Below are positions 60,153 through 64,000 of a DNA stretch of 64,000 nucleotides, piece after piece (the first letter of the stretch is position 1; every line of letters starts with the position of its first letter). Location: contig JAFGCR010000002.1 of the NCBI GenBank assembly GCA_016932495.1, positions 8,519 to 72,518 of the forward strand, written 5' to 3'. The translations under genes and the position numbers were made by a program. This DNA comes from Candidatus Peregrinibacteria bacterium. Its GTDB lineage: Bacteria; Patescibacteriota; Gracilibacteria; UM-FILTER-43-11. Under the pieces are notes generated by a model. That model did no database searches, had not been told where the DNA came from, and saw only the letters and a list, made by a program, of their open reading frames with translations.

Positions 60153-61619
60153 TTACAACTTTTGTAAAGCAAAATCCAGTCGTTTCAGCACTTCTTCTTT
60201 TCCCAGATATACCATCAATGTCGAAAAATTAGGAGAATGCTCCTGCCCGGAAAGGGCCACACGGACCGGCCACAGTACCTGACCGTTTTTCAGCCTCAGC
60301 CCACTGACCAGCTCCATCATCTTTTCTGCCAGTTCCGCTGATTTGCCGCTGTCGCCTTTTTCCCATTCCAATTCACTGACCACTTCTTTCGCTTTTTCCA
60401 AAACTTTTTTCAGCATGTCTTTGGTGATCTGGAATTTGCCGCGCATGATCAGGTCGAGCGGATAATCCGGCAGCTTATTGAATAAAACCGATAATTCATC
60501 GGGAATTTCGGACAGTTTTTTAAACCGGCCTTCAAAGTCGGGATCTTTCAGGATCTTTTTAATCAATTCGGGGTTGTCCGGGATTTTGTTTTTCAGACAG
60601 GGTACCAGTTTTTTGTAAAATACATCGACGTCATCCGCTATTTCTTTTTTTATGTATTCGCCATTGATCCAATCCAGCTTCTTGATATCAAAAACCGCTC
60701 CGCCTTTATGCACACGATCGAGGGAAAACTGTCCAATGAGTTCCTCCATGCTGAAGATCTCCTGTTCGGTTCCCGGGTTCCAGCCCAGCAAGGCTAAAAA
60801 GTTGATGAGCGCTTCCGGCAGATAACCTTCCTTCAGATAATCGTCCACCGATACCTTGTTTTTCCGTTTGCTGAGCTTACTTTTATCCTCATTTAAAATG
60901 AGCGGAAGGTGGGCGAATTCAGGGAGCTCCCATCCGAACGCCTCAAAAATCAGGATCTGTTTGGGGGTGTTACTGATATGGTCTTCTCCGCGGATCACAT
61001 GGGTGATTTCCATATCATGATCGTCCGCCACCACGGTCAGATGATACAGCGGGTCGTCGATAGTCCGCGCAATCACAAAGTCATCCAGTTCTTTGCTGTT
61101 TATTACCGTTTCCCCGCGCACCAGATCGTTCCACTTAATATCCCCGCGGTCTTTCGGCACCCGCAGCCGGATTACTCCTTTTTCGCCATTCGTAATCCGT
61201 TTTTTAGCGTTTCCGGGGCTGATTTCAGAACAACACCCGTCGTAACGCGGAGCCCGTTTTTCCTTTTCACATTTTTGACGCATTTCTTCCAGGCGCTCCT
61301 TGGTACAAAAGCAGTAATAGGCTTTGTCTTCATCCAGTAATTTCTGAAGGTATTTCTGATAAATACCGGTTCGCTCGCTTTGCCGGTATCCTTTTGTGCC
61401 TAAATGCACACCTTCATCGCCCGCCAGCCCCAGCGCCACTAAGCCATTGATAATATCGTCTTCAAATTCTTTGGTACTGCGCTCCTTATCCGTGTCTTCC
61501 ATCCGGAAAACCATCGTGCCGCCGTTGTGTTTAGCGAAAAGGTGATTATACAGAGCGGTTCGTACAGTGCCGATGTGAAGAAGGCCGGTGGGAGAAGGGG
61601 GGATTCGGACGCGGATCAT
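60153..61619 (-). CDS. gltX: Glutamyl-tRNA synthetase
   Basis: RVRIPPSPTGLLHIGT (HIGH) and KLSKRK (KMSKS). Confidence 0.95.
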   Translation of the reverse strand: MIRVRIPPSPTGLLHIGTVRTALYNHLFAKHNGGTMVFRMEDTDKERSTKEFEDDIINGLVALGLAGDEGVHLGTKGYRQSERTGIYQKYLQKLLDEDKAYYCFCTKERLEEMRQKCEKEKRAPRYDGCCSEISPGNAKKRITNGEKGVIRLRVPKDRGDIKWNDLVRGETVINSKELDDFVIARTIDDPLYHLTVVADDHDMEITHVIRGEDHISNTPKQILIFEAFGWELPEFAHLPLILNEDKSKLSKRKNKVSVDDYLKEGYLPEALINFLALLGWNPGTEQEIFSMEELIGQFSLDRVHKGGAVFDIKKLDWINGEYIKKEIADDVDVFYKKLVPCLKNKIPDNPELIKKILKDPDFEGRFKKLSEIPDELSVLFNKLPDYPLDLIMRGKFQITKDMLKKVLEKAKEVVSELEWEKGDSGKSAELAEKMMELVSGLRLKNGQVLWPVRVALSGQEHSPNFSTLMVYLGKEEVLKRLDFALQKL

Positions 61620-61673
61620 GTTGAAAAGATTAATGCATGATTAATATACCTTATGTTGGAGAGGTGAACCACC

Positions 61674-61764
61674 ATTTGTCATTTCGAGCAAAGTCGAGAA
61701 ATCTCTTCATAATAATTTAAAAAGGGATTTCTCCGTTTCGCCATGCTCCAGTCGAAATGACAAA
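61674..61764. repeat. Long imperfect palindrome between the cyclophilin gene and gltX
   Basis: ttgtcatttcgagcaaagtcgagaaatctc ... gggatttctccgtttcgccatgctccagtcgaaatgacaa. Confidence 0.7.
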
Positions 61765-61770
61765 ATAGGA

Positions 61771-62427
61771 TTATTCGAATACTTCTACCATCACCTTCTT
61801 CATTACTACATCGGTGGTCGGTTTGTCCCGGCCGTCCCGTTCCACGTTTGCGATGGCATCGACCACATCCATACCTTCAAATACCTGTCCGAATACGGTG
61901 TGATGGCCGTCCAGCCATGGGGTGGCTTCGGCGTGGACGATGAAGAACTGACTGCCGTTGGTGTTGGGACCGGCATTGGCCATGGAAAGCGCTCCCTGAA
62001 TATTTTTCAGGTCGGGATGGAACTCATCTTCGAATTTTCCGCCCCATAAACTTTCTCCGCCCATGCCGGTTCCGGTCGGGTCGCCGCCCTGGATCATGAA
62101 ATCCGGGATGACACGGTGGAAAATAATGCCGTCGTAATAACCTTTTTCAATCAAACCCACAAAATTTTCAACGGTTTTCGGCGCTTTCAGCGGGAAGAGT
62201 TTGATTTTGATCGTTCCCATATTCGTTTCGATTACAGCGATCTGGTCGCCGGCTTCTGGTGGGGCGGTTTGGTTAAATACGGGCATAGCATCGGGGTTAG
62301 TGGTAGTCATAGCGGCTTCAGATGGTCCGTCCTGAAAGACTTTGCTCAGCTCTTCCTCGGGTGAGGTGCCGCAGGCGGTGAGCAAAACAAAAGAGAGGGC
62401 CATCAGAAAAATAGATACTTTTTTCAT
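61771..62427 (-). CDS. ppiB: Cyclophilin-type peptidyl-prolyl isomerase, lipoprotein
   Basis: Lipobox [29 protein letters not shown]. Confidence 0.93.
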   Translation of the reverse strand: MKKVSIFLMALSFVLLTACGTSPEEELSKVFQDGPSEAAMTTTNPDAMPVFNQTAPPEAGDQIAVIETNMGTIKIKLFPLKAPKTVENFVGLIEKGYYDGIIFHRVIPDFMIQGGDPTGTGMGGESLWGGKFEDEFHPDLKNIQGALSMANAGPNTNGSQFFIVHAEATPWLDGHHTVFGQVFEGMDVVDAIANVERDGRDKPTTDVVMKKVMVEVFE

Positions 62428-62447
62428 GATGATTTAATTAAAAACTA

Positions 62448-62909
62448 TTAAAAGCTATAAGGTAAGCAGGCTCCTTTATGGCTGACTGTACAACCACCCA
62501 CGCCTGTAATCAGGTTGTCTGGACTATTTCCCATTATATAAGCTTCATAAGTTCCATCCTCATTTTCAATTGTTGCCGCAATTTGGTATTTATTAAGCGT
62601 AACAGGTTTTGGTTCGTATTTATAGTTGTAAGTTGTTGCTTCCGTTGAGGAAGGATCTGTTGGTAATTGAGGCATTAGGTTTGGCACAAGTTCTGCTAAG
62701 CTACCAGGATATTTATTATTATGTTCAATAAAATAGATTTCCAGAGAGCTCTGTATAGACGATAGATCTTGAAGTCTTCTTGAATTTCTTGCTTTTGACG
62801 TTTGTCCACCAAAGGCACTATAAGCCGCTACTGAAAGAATTGCCATAATCGTGATTACCACGAGGAGTTCAACCAATGAAAATCCTTTTTTGAAATATTT
62901 TTTAAGCAT
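62448..62909 (-). CDS. Type IV pilin / pseudopilin
   Basis: Prepilin cleavage/methylation motif KKGFSLVELLVVITIMAILS. C-terminal Cys pair (C...GAC). Confidence 0.88.
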   Translation of the reverse strand: MLKKYFKKGFSLVELLVVITIMAILSVAAYSAFGGQTSKARNSRRLQDLSSIQSSLEIYFIEHNNKYPGSLAELVPNLMPQLPTDPSSTEATTYNYKYEPKPVTLNKYQIAATIENEDGTYEAYIMGNSPDNLITGVGGCTVSHKGACLPYSF

Positions 62910-63030
62910 GGTCGTTTTTTAAATTTTTAACACATCTATTGTATCTATTCGCTCTGGGAAAGGCAAATTTTATTTTAGATCTAATATCTACTATCTGGTA
63001 TCTGATAGCTGATATCTAATATTTAAAAAT

Positions 63031-63115
63031 AGGTGGGGCCCCTTCATTGAAGGGGGGTAAAAATAAAGAAGGGGAAAAAGAAAAATATATAAAAAGAAAA
63101 AGAAAAGAAAGAAAA
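63031..63115 (+). repeat. Composite hairpin + polypurine element, copy D
   Basis: aggtggggccccttcattgaaggggggtaaaaataaagaaggggaaaaagaaaaatatataaaaagaaaaagaaaagaaagaaaat. Confidence 0.7.
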
Positions 63116-63152
63116 TATTTCAGATTTCTGATTTCTGATTTATCATTGGGTT

Positions 63153-63716
63153 ATGAAGCTGATCGTCGGTTTAGGAAATCCCGGGAAACAATACGAAAAA
63201 ACCCGTCACAATGCGGGGTTTATGGCAGTGGATTTTTTAGCGGAGCATTTTGGATTGGAATTTAAAAAATCCGACAAACACAAATGTGAACTGGCAGAAG
63301 GACAATTGCTTGATGAGAAGGCCATTTTACTCAAACCGCAGACGTTTATGAATCTCTCGGGCCAATCGGTTCAGTCCGTGGTCAGTTTTTATAAGATCGA
63401 TCTGTCCGATATCATCGTGATTTATGATGATGTGGATATCCCTTCCGGAAATTTAAAAGTCCGGCCGTCCGGTTCGCCGGGCACCCATAACGGTATGCGG
63501 TCGGTTACTCAGCTACTGGGTAGTGAGGAATTTATCCGTATCCGTTTGGGCATTGCTCCGCTCACTGAATTCAAAGGCCAGCTGGAGGATTATGTTCTGG
63601 GCAAATTGTCTGAAGAAGAGGAAAGTCTGATGCAGGGGAATGTCAAAAAACTCCCCGTCCTTTTCGAAACACTTTTTGATAAGGGAATTGAAGAAGCGAT
63701 GCAGGAGTTTAATTGA
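63153..63716 (+). CDS. pth: Peptidyl-tRNA hydrolase
   Basis: MKLIVGLGNPGKQYEKTRHNAGF... Confidence 0.95.
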   Translation: MKLIVGLGNPGKQYEKTRHNAGFMAVDFLAEHFGLEFKKSDKHKCELAEGQLLDEKAILLKPQTFMNLSGQSVQSVVSFYKIDLSDIIVIYDDVDIPSGNLKVRPSGSPGTHNGMRSVTQLLGSEEFIRIRLGIAPLTEFKGQLEDYVLGKLSEEEESLMQGNVKKLPVLFETLFDKGIEEAMQEFN

Positions 63717-63721
63717 TTTTT

Positions 63722-64000
63722 ATGCCTAAACCCAAACCGGATTCACTTATCGCCAAACAGTTCAAGGCCGTTTTAAGACGGGATGTTTTAATCGCCCTGA
63801 TCATTCTGATCCCGGTCGGTTTTATCGTCTATGGCGTTTTTCATTGGGTGTTCATCCGCTCCAAAGACTGCGCTTATAACACCTTTCTTCTGTCCATTTC
63901 CCTGGTAATCGTCGGCGTTGTACTCGAGTTTGCTAACTGGCGGTGCCCCAAATGTCATCGGTATATCGGGATGGTCTATCGCCCCCGGTTTTGTCCGCGA
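63722..64000 (+). CDS. N-terminal fragment of a membrane protein with a CxxC element (3' end lies outside the window)
   Basis: The ATG at 63722 opens a frame that runs to the window edge: MPKPKPDSLIAKQF..., two TM helices, then WRCPKCHRY...FCP. Confidence 0.45.
   Translation, partial: MPKPKPDSLIAKQFKAVLRRDVLIALIILIPVGFIVYGVFHWVFIRSKDCAYNTFLLSISLVIVGVVLEFANWRCPKCHRYIGMVYRPRFCPR

Noticed and set aside
1-64000. Alternative genetic code (UGA recoding, as in some CPR-related lineages).
   Set aside because: Conserved genes end at TGA (for example adk), TAA and TAG at the expected lengths, and no conserved protein shows in-frame stops. The standard bacterial code fits.

Overview
This is a bacterial chromosome segment that uses the standard genetic code; TAA, TAG and TGA all close well-supported ORFs. 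By inference it comes from a small-genome Candidate Phyla Radiation / Patescibacteria-type organism. The supporting observations are: no uL30 gene between rpsE and rplO, a fermentative LDH, an A/V-type ATPase operon, a type IV pilin, a DUF4012-like protein, lysine-rich tails on several ribosomal proteins, and almost no Shine-Dalgarno sequences.

Layout:
1. 1-7.0 kb: an accessory island of secreted, cysteine-rich surface proteins plus small membrane-anchored paralogues.
2. 7.3-28.6 kb: tuf-rpsJ, then an rplC-to-rpsI ribosomal super-operon (S10/spc/alpha/L13-S9). Three unrelated genes split it between rpsJ and rplC.
3. 28.6-29.0 kb: a GC-rich gap of about 390 nt between convergent genes, with no credible ORF. 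It is a candidate structured RNA.
4. 29.1-39.1 kb: envelope and housekeeping genes, mostly on the minus strand (putative glycoside hydrolase, PEGA/beta-propeller protein, yraN, polyprenol-kinase-like protein, S41 protease, dnaJ, DUF4012-like protein), with a plus-strand dNTPase/nrdR/DUF192 block at 32.5-34.7 kb.
5. 39.2-39.8 kb: one promoter-to-terminator unit carrying three tRNA-shaped genes, none of them canonical. This is the most unusual locus in the window.
6. 39.8-44.4 kb: SDR, ldh and an exonuclease-DinG fusion.
7. 45.4-54.5 kb: a complete A/V-type ATPase operon (H-I-K-E-C-F-A-B-D) whose proteolipid carries the Na+-binding signature.
8. 54.6-64.0 kb: trxB, infC-rpmI-rplT, yggT, pgeF, nnrD, murB, gltX, a cyclophilin, a pilin and pth.

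Nearly every intergenic spacer is built from short 7-10 nt word repeats, arranged in tandem and as inverted arrays that fold into long imperfect hairpins. A separate composite element (GC hairpin plus polypurine tract) recurs six times, always in the same orientation. I saw no CRISPR array, transposase, integrase, reverse transcriptase or recognisable defence gene.
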